A stretch of 63,661 bases of DNA, filler included, from Circinaria calcarea (lineage: Eukaryota): NCBI GenBank assembly GCA_051942165.1. It is 7 parts of 7 records of this genome, joined end to end, with 100 filler letters (N's around TTAATTAATTAA, not from the genome) between each part and the next. Parts side by side here need not be neighbours in the genome. Positions count along the whole stretch, not along the records: positions 45,582 to 54,571 come from JAVECS010001007.1; positions 54,672 to 63,661 come from JAVECS010001008.1; 5 more parts are not named here. The stretch is one strand, 5' to 3'. Below, one piece after another: positions 50,007 to 63,125 of the stretch. Below the pieces are notes generated by a model, which was given only the letters and a program-made list of their open reading frames with translations, was not told the DNA's origin and did no database searches. The translations under genes were made by a program, and so were the position numbers. Numbering within the stretch: position 1 is the first letter of the stretch; every line of letters begins with the position of its first letter.

Positions 50007-53000
50007 ATGGACCTTCTCTCGGATATTTTCGTGCATGAGGCCAAAGCTGTGATCAAGCAGCTGGCTTATCAGGTTGAACACAGAGAAAACATTAGCTCTC
50101 TCTCCTCGTCAGTCTATGATACTGCCTGGTTGGCCATGATATGTAAGGGCAACAGCGATACCGCTTGGCTGTTTCCCGAATGTTTTAAATATCTGGTTGA
50201 AACTCAAAGCCACGATGGAGGCTGGCCTGTGTATGCTTTGGAGATGGACGGAATTTTGAATACCATGGCAGCTATAATTGCGTTGAAAAAGCATGAGAGG
50301 AGACCAGCGCTCAATGGCGCTCCTTTCCCGAACGACGTTGCATCTCGGGTTCTTAAAGCTGAGAAGTACTTGAGAGCAACACTGCAAAATTGGGATGTTT
50401 CGTCTACTATTCACGTCGGTTTCGAGATTCTTGTGCCTACTCTACTCGAACTGTTGGAGAAGGATAGTGAGAAATTCGAGTTTCCAGGACGCCAAAAACT
50501 CATGACTCTGAATCAGTCCAAATTATCAAGATATCGTCCTGAGACCCTATATGGCGAGCGTAAGACAACGTTGGTACATTCTCTTGAAGCTTTTGTTGGC
50601 AAGATCGACTTTGATAAAGTGGCCCATCATCTTGACGAGCACGGCTCAATGATGGCGTCGCCTTCCGCTACAGCGGCGTATCTGATGCACTGCTCTAAGT
50701 GGGACAAGTCTGCAGAGAAATACTTGCTGAACGTGGTGGCATTGGGTAGTGGCAAGGGTAATGGTGGAGTTCCTAGTGCTTTTCCATCCTCAATTTTCGA
50801 AACGACATGGGTAGGCACCTATAACCTCAATCGAGTTTACCGGCTGATAACTTTTTGATAGATTACTTCCACCCTTTTGAAGGCCGGATTAACTCTTGAA
50901 GCCCTTGGCCTGGAAGAGGTAGGAAAGATTGGCGCCTTTCTGCAATTGCAGCTTGAGACTCACAAAGGAATCGTCGGATTTGGCAGGTGATTATTGACGA
51001 TAAAAATAATTCAATTGCTAATAGTAAGCAAGATTCTGGACTCTTGGCGGATGCAGATGACACAGCAAAAACAATTCTAACAGCAAACTTGCTTGGATTA
51101 CCTACCGACCCAGATAAAATGATCGATGAATTCGAAGCTTCGAATCATTTTTGTACTTATAAAGAGGAACGAACTGAATCGTTTAGCGCGAATTGTAACG
51201 TTCTTGACGCCCTTCTCCATTCTCCAAACCCAGCAGACTACTGCGGGCCGATTGCCAAGATCACACGATTTCTCTGCAGGGTGTGGTACTCCGCGCGCGT
51301 TCAAGACAAATGGGTTTGTTGTTCCAAACTAGCAAAAGATCAGATGAGTCGTTGACAGATTCAGAACCTCTCCGAACATTATTCGATGATGCTTCTGTCC
51401 CAGGCTTTTATTAAGCTGCTACAAGGCTGGGATAGCGGCCAACTCCTCAAGTTGCCGGAAAACTTGATTCATGATCAAGTGCCACTTGTTCTGTTCCAGA
51501 TCCTTATTCGTACCCTGCAAAAGCAATCTTCAGATGGGTCATGGGCCCTAAGAGTCCCTTCACGAGAGATTACTGCATATGCGATTCTGACTTTGAACTC
51601 ACTCTCGTCACTTCCGTGGCTGGCGCATTTCAGATCTCGACTTCAGAGCGCTATCAAGAAAGGCTCGACATTTCTCGTCATGAACCACGACGAGTGGGAT
51701 CGCGAAGAATATATCTGGGTTGAAAAAGTCACTTATGCGCTGACTCCCCTATCTCGGACTTACTGCTTAGCTGCCCTGTGTGGCAGCACTTCCTTTAGCT
51801 GGGGCGAAAGGGTAGCAAGTTTGGTAACCATTTCAAGTGAGAGAGTCGTCAAGCTCTCAACATTCTTCTCGCAGTTGCCAATGTTCTCTAAAGACGAGCG
51901 CTGGCTGCTTGAAGCAGATGTAGCGGCAGGTTGCTTCTACCTGCCACAGCTTATGCGTGTAAGCTCCAATATATTTCCTCGTCAGGAAAAGGTCAACTAC
52001 AAATATCTCGAATATATTCCTTTTACCTGGATTGCGACGAATCGAAAAAACTGCAACCCTCTTTCCAACAACGTTCTCTGGGAGACGATGGTGATTGCTT
52101 TACTGGACTATCAGCTGGATGAGTTTATGGAAACCGTTATCCGCAAGGACGAACAGCTGAAGGATGTTGAAGCCGTGAAGTCTATAGTGCGACAGCTTTG
52201 CGAGTTTCCCAGTCATGGAGAATCGAAGGTAGGCGGCGATCAATCCCATCTTCCCGTAGGGGCCCCCACCAATGGCTATGTCAACGGGCATGTCGACGGT
52301 TCCGTTAGCGGCAACTCAGAAGGCCTCCGCTCTACCGCTCTTGAGCAAGTTAAACTCGTCTTGTCCCGCTGTACCTCCCACATCCTCCAGCATCCTACGG
52401 TCATCCAGTGCCCGGAGCATATTCGTCGACAGCTTCACAGCGAACTGGCAACTTGTATGCTAACCCACATCGAGCACGAAGAGGACAATGCACGCTTCGC
52501 CGCTCAACAACGGCAGCGAGCCCTCGCTGACTCCACATCCGACTCCTTCTCGGGGGCCGGCACCCAAATACTACCCTTTAGCTCCTCAAGAGGTACATAC
52601 TACTCTTGGGTCCGGACGACTTCAGCTGATAATACGCATTGCCCTTTCACCTTCCTTTTCTTCTCCTGTCTTGCGGCGCCCAAGCCTGGCGAGCCTTTCT
52701 TCAAAGGTGTTCGCCAGCACTACCTGTCCAACGCTTTATGCAGACATCTTGCGAACCTGTGCCGGCAGTACAACGACTACGGCTCTGTGGCCCGAGACCA
52801 AGCGGAGAGTAATCTCAACAGTCTAAACTTCCCGGAGTTCCATGAACCTTACAAGCCGCAAGAAGACGGCGGCCAAGCAGAGATCAGGGATGAAGGTGCA
52901 ATGAAGAATGACCTATTCTTCATCGCTGAATACGAGCGTGAGTGTCTAAACCATGCGATCGACAAGCTAAATGCGGAGATGACGTCCTCGAAACAAGGAC

Positions 53001-53095
53001 TGTGGAAGTCAAATGCCCTCCGGTCGTTTGTAGATACAGTGGATCTCTACGGGCAGATATACGTGGCGAGGGATATTACCAATAGAGTCAAATAA
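50007..53095 (+). CDS. Bifunctional class II/class I diterpene synthase (CPS/KS-type; 3 introns)
   Basis: SVYDTAW, QSHDGGW and QSSDGSW QW motifs, class II DADD, class I DEFME and NDYGSVARD (NSE/DTE). Confidence 0.92.
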
Positions 53096-53781
53096 GGACA
53101 CGGAAAGAAGCAGGGATTTAATAAACAAGATAGCTACGAAAATGAGACTTGATGTTTCTTTCCTCAATGACCCTAACTCCTCTAAAGCTTAGTGATCAGC
53201 CCAGTAACGACAGAAATCTAACCTGTTTTGGCTCACCGGTCGGCAGAAAGCTGCGTTATATAGCTTCTCGCGGCGTCCTTGATCAAATTGTCCCACCTCT
53301 TGATCGACGGTTCTTCTTATTAGACTTCCCTTCCCTTCGATATAAAATACAAGCCTCTGTCCCTGAAAAGACCCCGATAGAAACGGGCGAATATGACGTT
53401 AAGTGATTTCAAAGCATTAGTCGTTGATGGAGGTGTATTGAGCTTTGCCTATTGACTTTTGGGTCCCCACTGTCCAGCATCGACGTTAACCGTCCGCCAG
53501 TAAGTCGGAAGCCCTTATGCATACCTTATTAATAACCGACTCTGAAAAGAAGCAGATATTGAACTTACCATATGATAGTCAGCTACGTTGCTTATTAGCG
53601 TGGATGTTGGCCAGCTCGGTATAAGGGGATATCTATACGTACGCCTCCGAGTTTGCGATGTAGAATTAAATGTTGATAGGATGGTAGTAGTCTATGCGAT
53701 GTAATGCGTGTCTTTGCTCATGTTTCAAGCCAAGTCAGGAGACCGCGTGAGATCAGTTACTGTAAATAACTGCAAGAGTTT

Positions 53782-54571
53782 TCATTCCTCTAGAATGTCG
53801 AATTTCACTACTTCCACCCCGAGAGTGTCTGTATCAAGCAACACCATGTGCCCAGTCTCTTTGAACTTAGGGACTGCTATCACTGTGACTTGCTGCCCAA
53901 CAGGCCCTTCGATCACTGTGGTTTCAAACTTGGGTTGGCCTCCGACAAAGTAGACATGAGGACATTCGTTAATGACGAATGGGTCATCTTCTTGGAAAGG
54001 ATAGCACCCTGGAAACCTCTTCGTCAGCGTTCCTGTAGATGAGCATGTTTGGCAGCGCTTATTCTTACACAAGGTGTCTGGTGCGGTTGGAGCAATGCAT
54101 CTCCACCTTAGCAGGTTCTCCATCATTTCCAGCCTGTCGTCGCCTTCTACATATTTGAAGACATCGTCAATAGGTTGACCTGCAGTACCCATCATTCTCC
54201 ATCCATCGATGTCGGCTTCCCAAGGGTTGGTGGTACTGTCAAACCATCCAGGCTCATTTGACCCTGGATTTGCGGAGTAGGTCCTGCTGTGTGGGAGCAT
54301 GGCTGGATGGATGGGTTGCTGAGGAAGGGATACGTTTGCAGGATCCGAATCTCCCGGAAAAAGTGTTATAGGGATCGAAGGCAAAAGCGTAGCGAGGAAA
54401 TTGTCGAGGTGAGCAGTTGGTGCTGGGTTGTAGGCGGCTGAGTCGTAGCCGTATTTCTTGCTGGCTTTCTTGCCTGACAATTCATCCCGGGGGGCCAATG
54501 GAGATGCTTCTGCTAAGGCATTACCAGCGATGATGAGACGAGATATCTTGCTGACTTCTTGCTTATCGGTG
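53782..54571 (-). CDS. POL31: DNA polymerase delta small (B) subunit, C-terminal half (5' part beyond contig edge)
   Basis: RLIIAGN, PGDSDPANVSLPQQPIH, GQPIDD, WRCIAPTAPDTL / CYPFQEDDPF, PHVYFVGGQ. Confidence 0.92.
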
Positions 54572-54671
54572 NNNNNNNNNNNNNNNNNNNNNNNNNNNNN
54601 NNNNNNNNNNNNNNNTTAATTAATTAANNNNNNNNNNNNNNNNNNNNNNNNNNNNNNNNNNNNNNNNNNNN

Positions 54672-57259
54672 GAATCTTCTTCGCCCTTTGCCGGGATCTC
54701 CACGGCCCACCATAGATGACTCGCAAGATAAACCGCCCTACACTGATCTGGCTTCTTCAGGAGCTTGCTTCCATGCAGAGCGCATTTCGTAATCAAGGTA
54801 TCATAGTTCTCTTTAGTAAACGATCGAGTTCCATGTAGGGCTCCAGCAATTATGCATACGGCTTGAAACTGTGACCGTGAATCACTGATAGCTTCTTCGT
54901 AAATAGTAAAAGCTTGCGCAAAGAACTCATAGGCAACTTCTTCGAAGCCTGTCTGGTCGGCAACTTGACCGCACGAGATAAAGAGGCGCAGGCATAGGTC
55001 TGCGGCGCCGTTGACCCGAGTGTAGAGTGCCGATATAGATGTATGCATGAATTTGTAAAGAGCAGAGGACTGAGATGACCAATTATCGTCGTAATGCTCT
55101 CGGGTCTTATACTTGCGAGCGAGTTTGAGTGATGAGGTAAGGAGGGCGGGAGTCGTGTATTTGATACGTTCGTTGCCGTCTGCAAAAGCTTTACGTGACA
55201 TCTGAAGTAGCTTGAATTGAGTGTCGTTATCAGAGCTCTGGATGAAATGTATTATCCGTGCAAGCCAACCCTGCTCTTCAATCGTCTCATCCGTCTCCGC
55301 ACTTCGTCGTGGACTTGGAACTCCAGGATAACCGCTGGGTTGTTGCATCCCTTCTTTTATTAACACCCTTAGAATCTCGAGGACGCCTTCAAGGTGTTGG
55401 GTAGTGGAGATCTTGGTCTGATTCCGTAGAATACTTCGGGCTACTTCACCAGCAACCGCCCTTCTCGTCGGATATGTCTGCGCATGTAGAAGAGGGATGT
55501 AATTGGGTATGACAAGTATTGTGAATAATGACAGGTAAACTTTAATAGGTGCTAGGAGTAGACCAAGTATATTAGCTTGGGTAGGGGCGGAATGGAGATC
55601 TGGGCTATTCAGATATTGCGCAACTTTTTCGTTGGCATATTGCAGAACTTGATCAATGTAATCTGTCACTAGTTTCAGTAATATACTCCATATTACTCGA
55701 AGAGATATCATACCCAACCGATCGGGATATATGTTACTACTCCGAGGTCAGTAACGTTTCCCGAGAGGCAAGCTACTGGCATACTTACAGCGCCAAGTTC
55801 GCTAAAGAAACAAGAAGTGCAATAGTGTCTTGTATGGGGAGTCGCTGCGCAAGGACAAGATGGGTGACTTGGTTGTAGAATATCTCATATAGCTTGACAT
55901 CTTCCGGAATACCCCTACTGCCTCTTGAGACAGGCTTCTCTGGATCGCCATTAGTAGCAGTCGATTCGGCATCAACCTCGGTCGCACTGCTGTCGTCTAC
56001 CAGACTATTAACCTCTATTGCACCACCATCCTCTGGTGAACTAGCTTTTGTGGTTTTATGACCGTTTGCTTGTTCACCATTGGTCTTCTCAGGTCCCGAT
56101 TTGTTTTCTTTAACTCCAGATAACTTGTTTTCTTTTGAAAGTCGTAGCTTTTCTAATAACTTAGCCGTGGCTTCTTCTTCCAACTTCTGTCGGTCTTCAG
56201 GGGACTCCGATGCTGCCTCTCGTTCAGCATAAGCCGATAATCGATCCATTAAGCCAATGACGATCGCCTTGATATTAACATGTGGGTTCAGACGAGCAAT
56301 AGCTGGGAGAAGCTGATCGAGCGTGTTCAGGTGGAATTCGTCTGGAAAAACTTGAGTGATTACTGTACCAATCAACATTAACCTTTCAAAAATCATGCTC
56401 CAGGACAGCGAATCCTTTACCTTCAAGGAGATATTCTTGCGCAAGAACGTCCCTGCATTGGACGACTTGCTCGAGTAACGGCTGCAAGATGACGGTCCTG
56501 TATGCGTCAAGGTCGACCAATTGACTGAGTCTGACCAAATTACTTCCCACCAGTAGTTGCAGTTCTTGGCGCTCCTTTGTCCTCTGCTCTCGTTCTCTTG
56601 AGTGACCTTGATGCTGTAACCTAACCCACAACTTGTTCATCTCCACAAAGTTCGTCAAGATAAAGCTGATCGAGTCCTGGATATTGCCTTCGGGGCCATC
56701 TCCAGTCCCCGTTGGAAGTGAATCTCGCGCTTGCCCGGAAAGGTAGTACCGTAGAAACAGGCCTCTGATCGGATGTTGTACTCCTCTACTCATTTCCATC
56801 ATGTCCTTCATAATCTCCTTGACTGGCGCATCTTCAATTGCCATATACACCGTACCAACCGTAATCATGAGATACAGGCGGGGCACGATGTTGCCTGCGT
56901 ACTGGACAAGCTCGTAGAGATCTGCGAGGTGGTTGACTGGATGTGACTCGCGGAGGTACACCGAAAGATGCCTTAGCGCGTCAAACACAGCCATGTACAG
57001 CTCGTAGTATTGCTTAGGTCCAAGACTGCTCGTCCGAAGCTCGGATACCAAAGTGGAGCTTTACCAGTAAGCTCGCGGGTCATGGGCTTACAGCAGAGAA
57101 GTTTTGTTCAGTAAGAATTCCTTACCTGCATTTCAATGCGTCCATGAGCTTCCCCGGTGTCTCTAGACATTTGCGCATCAAATGCGTCTGCTGACGTACC
57201 TGACCAAGGGCATCCTCAAGCAGTCGGCCTTGGTCTTCGTTCACTGGTGGTGAAGACAT
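54672..57259 (-). CDS. VPS35: Retromer subunit Vps35 (multi-exon; 3' end beyond contig edge)
   Basis: [60 protein letters not shown]. Confidence 0.95.
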
Positions 57260-58076
57260 GTTCACGCCTAGCCCCAGCTTTTGATTGCCTCCGTTGGATC
57301 TTGTAAAGAGCTCATTTACCCACAGTGATCAGGACCATCTTTGGGGCGTCAGAGTTCCAGCACTACTCCAAAGAGGAAGCTCAGGGCTACTGCAAGGCTG
57401 AAGACGGCGCGGATTAATCTTTCACCTTTGATATCCACTCGCCTCCGCATGTCCCATTGAGTAGAGGATTAGGTAGCCCTAATTATTAGTCTAAGCTCTA
57501 AATGAGCTCGCTTACTACAATCCACCGAGGAATACAGGACATTAGATCAAATTACAAATGTGGAATCTATGGAGTACAGTTGGTCAACACTGAGTTCTGT
57601 TCTTATAGAGATATGGTCGGTCTGCATGATGTTCAAATTGTGTCTTCGTGTTCCCAAGCTCTCATTATTTGCTATACATTATGTCTATATTGTCATCTAT
57701 ATTCCCTTCCAAGCGCAATGCTTCAATATAATGTCGTATCGTAGATGCAGACACATTTCCTCCCACAGAATGCTGCCATTGTCCATTACCCATAATCTCG
57801 TCTCTAATCTATGTATAGAAAACCGGACCCAAAATTAGTAACTCGAAGCGAACTCAATTACAGATTCTGTAACACTCGTACATGTCCCGGATAACGCCAA
57901 CCGTGTCGTATGTGCAAACAGAGCGAAGGAGCATCTCGACATCCGCCGTTCTCATAATGACGCCCTACTGATCGAAGAGGAATCAGTCTTCTCCGGAGTT
58001 TTCGACGGATTGATCTTCGAGGGTGGTGGTGGGATTTTGAAGTGAACGTCTTGTATAGACAGTTTTCCCAAGATGC

Positions 58077-59102
58077 CTATTTTCGACGGTGAATCATCGT
58101 TGTAGGTACGTAAGTCGACCACGCCACTGAACCAGAACCAAAAGCCGATCCCGAGATTCCAGTACTAGTTGAAGTAGCGTTCCAGGGAGGGTAAGTGGTA
58201 TGCCATTGGCTACGATTGTAGGTCCGTGTCTTTGTTGTTGGTTGATAATGGTAGCTCGTGGTTGGGGAACTTGGCGTTGGAACCGCCGCACCAGTACCGG
58301 AAGATGGGATCTCAGTGCTAGTAGAACTAGCATTCCAGGAAGGGTAAGCGGTATGCCATTGGCTATGATCGTAGGTTCGTGTCTTTGTTACTCTTTGGTA
58401 ATGGTGGCTTGTGGTTGAGAAACTTGACGTTGGAACTGCCGCGACGATTGACTTTGGTACAGCCAAGGTAGAGGTCTCAGACGATTTGGTGGACTCTGGA
58501 GCAGGGCTTACTGATGGAGATAGGGATAGGACGGTAGTAGATTTGTGACCGGGTCCTAGCAGCACAACAGACTCAGTCGCTAAAGTCATGGTTGAGGTTG
58601 TGGTTGTGGTTGTTGTTGTTGCTGAAGTAGTAGTGCCTAGAATTAGGAAGGATGGCGTAGAGAGCGACGGAACAGAAACAGGCCCCGGACCGAGAGGAAG
58701 TGCAAGGGAGGCTGTAAATTTTAAAGGGTTCACGGAGGGCATTGAAGGTTTGGTTGAGGAGGTTGAGCTCTCGTGCGCCAGGGTTACAACCACAGTTGCT
58801 GCCGAATCAGACGCAGACACAACCTTGGTTTTGATGATCGTCTTCGTGGTAGGCGGTGCCGTGCTTGGGGCAATGGTGACTGTTTCCGTGACTTCAAGAC
58901 TTTGTGTTACTGTCTCGATTACAGTCATAGGTATGGCTTCAGATGTAGCAGCGGGTCCACCATCAACGGGTACGACAGAGTAGGATACACCTCTCGGCCT
59001 CATCTGCAGTCTGTCATGGTTTTGGGAGTCCACGGGCAAAGCTTGGGTAACAGTGAAGAGAGAGAATAGAGTTGAGACTAGTAAGGACATGGAGATATGC
59101 AT
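58077..59102 (-). CDS. Secreted Ser/Thr-rich protein with a duplicated 51-aa C-terminal unit
   Basis: Hydrophobic signal peptide ending ..TQALP, YSVVPVDGG motif, poly-Thr, two copies of TKTRTYxxSQWHTxYPxWNA. Confidence 0.75.
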   Translation of the reverse strand: MHISMSLLVSTLFSLFTVTQALPVDSQNHDRLQMRPRGVSYSVVPVDGGPAATSEAIPMTVIETVTQSLEVTETVTIAPSTAPPTTKTIIKTKVVSASDSAATVVVTLAHESSTSSTKPSMPSVNPLKFTASLALPLGPGPVSVPSLSTPSFLILGTTTSATTTTTTTTSTMTLATESVVLLGPGHKSTTVLSLSPSVSPAPESTKSSETSTLAVPKSIVAAVPTSSFSTTSHHYQRVTKTRTYDHSQWHTAYPSWNASSTSTEIPSSGTGAAVPTPSSPTTSYHYQPTTKTRTYNRSQWHTTYPPWNATSTSTGISGSAFGSGSVAWSTYVPTTMIHRRK

Positions 59103-59935
59103 GACTAGTGGAAGAATGGGTATAAAGGACAATGGTATGGACAGCTGCTACAGTGGGAGTGTTTAAAGTAAGACACAGCTTGGAATGCGGATGCGCAAGC
59201 TCGCTGGAGATTGGAATGTAATAGATATTGAATTGGTAAAGAAGACATGATCGCTAACATATCAATTGATGGGACTGGAAAATGGAATGGCTGGTGGTCC
59301 TTGAGAGCTGGAGGAGGTTGGGGTGAAGTGTTTATTTCCATCACGACAAATAGTCATGATTGGCTGACACGGCCTCGCTTAACTAGTGCATTGTCGCCGG
59401 GGCTGGGACAATTTCGTAAGGCTGGGACCTCGACCTGCACGCCGAACAACTACTCGCACTGGGAGGCTTAGATAAACTTTCGAGGCTCCTCTTTGACTCT
59501 TCGCCGCTACTTGAATCAGCTTTGCCGTTTTCCAAAAAATTTGAGATACATCGCAATGTTCCTGTCTGAGGTCGCATCGGACAGAGAAACTCGTATCATC
59601 CATCAATGAACTACACATCTCATGCAAACTATCATGTAATAATCCACATAGCCTAACTGTGGGGAAGTTTTGACGGCCCACTTCGTCAGGGAAAAAATTT
59701 GTATTCGCTGGTTTACCGCTTATTCAAGGTCATTTCTCTAGGTGGATACAGCTGGGCATCCCCAGAATTCATCATTTCTTACTTCGTGAATGTCAAATGA
59801 TATCTTCAGTCTTAGCTTCCTTGATGCTGAGAAAGAGTAAGATTACATGGAGGGGTAGAGCGTTCAAACCTAGAACGTGGCCGCGCTTAGTCCGAGCTTA
59901 TACTTAACCAAAATTAGAAGGGTAAAGGAATAATC

Positions 59936-61143
59936 CTATACCACTGTAATGATCCTGTCGCTTTCGCGGACATTAATTTTATGGGACTGATCACAATAAG
60001 CCCTGCCCCCTGACGGTACATGTACTGGCACTTGAATGCAGACAGTCCTGAGCGTAGCTAATGCTGCGCGGACTTGCTCCCATCTGAGCACAACAGTCGC
60101 AGCGGCCGTAATAGCAAGATGGCATGTTTTTAGCAGCGTCATCAGTGTAGGACAATTACATGTACGCTATACACGTACTCGAGTAAAGAACTGTAGGGTT
60201 CTGAGGTCCCACAGTTAAAGTATCGGAGGGTGTTTTCGACTTCAGTTGATGCCATTCTATTTGTGAGCAGTCAAGGTCTGCAGACTTTCCTAGGCCAGTA
60301 TCATACATATAAGTCATCTCGTTAGATAATGGTGAAATGTTTCGCCACCATGGCTGTCGGCTCCCTCGAGTTGCAGCACGAGTGCGCAATTCGTAGTCCT
60401 CAACGTTAGCTGCCAACGCTCGCATGGGAGGAGGGTCTTTGTTTGGGAGACTATCTAGTACCTGCAGTCGAACGAATTTCTTCGCTGCAAGCTGCGCAGG
60501 TACGGCTGGGTCGGTATCTCCTGGTGATAACGGTACAGCTCTTGGTCCACCCGGGGTGATTGTGGGAAACACGGTTAATGAGTCTATACTGGTATCATCA
60601 GGTATTAATCTGAGTTGCGCGACTGTTACGCTGCCTTACTAAATGGAGCAGACACGGTTCTTGTGTCTGTGCTGAAATATGCCACGGGAGCGAAACCTCT
60701 GGTAACGAACCCACCAAGGCCATAGCCCAGAACCACACAACTGAACAAAATTTAGCTATCCCATCATTTCGTTTGATGGCTGCTCCCCTCACTGCGAAAT
60801 GACCCAAAACGTTCTCGCGCGGATTTCCCTCGGCGCAATTCGATGTGTAGGAGGAACGTAGGGACCAGCCGCTTCAACCCTCAACATACAGCTGCTTATG
60901 AGAAAAAGTTAGCATTGACAACGGGCATTGCCGCCTGCTTGCACCTACCTATCGTTATAGTAAATGGTATGGTGTTCGGACCTTCATTTCTGGTGCAGTA
61001 GACTAACTGTTCTGGGTTTGCTAGGATTGGTGATTGTAGATTTGCACGCAATCGCTAACCAACAGTCCAATTCCATACAGCCCGTCGCAGATATAGAAAT
61101 CCGGGTAGACAGGAACTACCCTCGGTGCAAGATTGATTGACAT
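59936..61143 (-). pseudogene. Degenerate gene for an uncharacterised Cys-containing fungal protein
   Basis: Protein-like segments (YICDGLYG...DC; LSPGDTDP; LGKSADLDCSQIEW; TCHLAI...WEQVRAALATL..VC...GGRAY) are interrupted by frame breaks and a stop near 60790. Confidence 0.4.
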
Positions 61144-63125
61144 CGTGTATATGAGAAGCAGAAAATCTGCAAAACATAGATAACCGCTGGATCGACCCCT
61201 TCATGTACAGTTTGAATAACTTAGGAGTTTCTTCCAAAGATTTGAGTTATCTGGCACTAGGACGGTTATCATAGACAAAGATGAAATAAGGTTATCATCA
61301 TTATTTACGAAGCGCATGGATATGCGCGGAGGTAATGTAATGAATCTATACGAAACGAAAGTCGTCTTCAGCCATTCTCCAATCGCAAAGGTCAAGTCAT
61401 TGTACATGGAGTACTCCGTAGCATATGTAAATGCGCTGATATTAGAGATAGAAAAACGCTCAGTTCCGGAGAGCTGCATGAGAGCTCTGACAACCATTCA
61501 ACAACACGATTGGTATGTATGACTTAAGACGAGTCCTACCCCGTGGGTTCAGAATCTACTCAGCCCGGAAACCTCAGCAATGGCTTCGCTTTGCGCGCCT
61601 TTGATAATCGCGCGGTTCCTCGCCAAGGTTTTTATGTATTGCATCATTCGTCAAACGTCAGTGTCAACGTCAGGTAAGGAATGCGTTGGAAGAGGGGCCC
61701 TATTACATAGATGGCTTAATGTCACCACGCCGAGTGTCGAGAAGATTCAGCTGCGGTGTCGTTGTGAGAAACTACCATCATGTTTATATATAGAGGCGGA
61801 GGGATATGCGACGGTCTTCCGCTCTGGACGGTTATGCACTAAATAGAACTGGGCTAGCCCAGTAGAGACTACTTTGAATAGATGCACAAGTCGGTGAGAG
61901 CCGAGGGCGTCAGAGTAAGGGACCATTGCATACTACAAGATCCGTCCAAGTGAGATAAATCCTCAAGAACGAAGGTGGCGGTCGTTCCCTCCCGGGATGT
62001 CGTAAACATACATGGCCAGCGGCTCTTTCTCTGCATTTCTTCCCCTCGTCTATCTTTTCGTCTTTGTTGACTTAACTACCTACCCATTATTCAGCACATC
62101 TTTGGCTAGCCAATTTTCTAGCCGGAATCCTAGCCTTTGTCGTGTCTCATAGCAAAAAATTGGGGCGCCAACCTTGTGTCAGCGGATATATTTGGCCCGG
62201 GGCGTGCTGTGCCGCTGTGGAGATTTCCACTGCTTATCATTTGTTGTTCCGAATGATGCTGGTCGTTGAAATGTGTTGTGGATGATGTAAAGGAATAGTG
62301 AGCTCAGCAAGAGAAGCAAATTTAAGGACCGCCTGCGATATCCTAGCACTTTTGTAAGACTATAACGAAGCCAGCCTTTATAAGGCGGTATCTCCTGTTT
62401 GATGTCGAGTCTAGCGTCTCCTGTCGTTCTGAGATCCTCCTCTCCAGGTGTCATAACCCAGATCGTCTCTGATCGTCATTGAGGTACTCCAACAAGTAAG
62501 GCACACGGTGTATACTGTATACCACCGCTTTCCTACCTGTCATTCCTAGCATATCCTTCACTACACGCATCCTAGAATATGAAACATAAACCCTCTGAGG
62601 GCCACTCATCTTTACTATGAAAAACAATCAGTTTCCGTCAGAAACGCCCTCCCACATCTGCGGGACTTTACTACTGCGAAAGGTGTAATATCCTGGGTAT
62701 ATCTCTGATAATGTGATTCTTGCCTAGCTTGCATTATTCTTAATACATGGAAACCAGCTTTTCTGTTTATTGCCGGGATGTCTTTGATGAATCGGACTTC
62801 GTAGAGACGATTCCGAATCCTCATTGAATGGAATGGGCTAAGTAGGTAACCACGACGAAGGAGCTGCAAGAATTTCCTATCCGTGCAGACTTACGGCGTT
62901 GTCCACCTCATCGATCTGATGTATTGGCATTCTTCGTACATTGCTATGCCAGTATTGAGCCAGGTACTGCTCAATGTACAAAAGAGCTGAGGGTTAAGCA
63001 ACCGAACAAGATCAAGATGTGAAACTCGGCAATCCTTACAAAGCATGCATCTTATTGATGAAGGCATGTAACTGACAAGCCCCGCCGTCCTCGATGATTT
63101 GAGATGTCGCAGTGGAGTTCTCTAT

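Noticed and set aside
53782..57259. POL31-VPS35 synteny as proof that POL31 is the housekeeping copy
   Set aside because: The two genes are on different contigs, so their adjacency is uninformative.
58588..58983. Plus-strand poly-Val ORF
   Set aside because: Antisense of the Thr-rich secreted protein.
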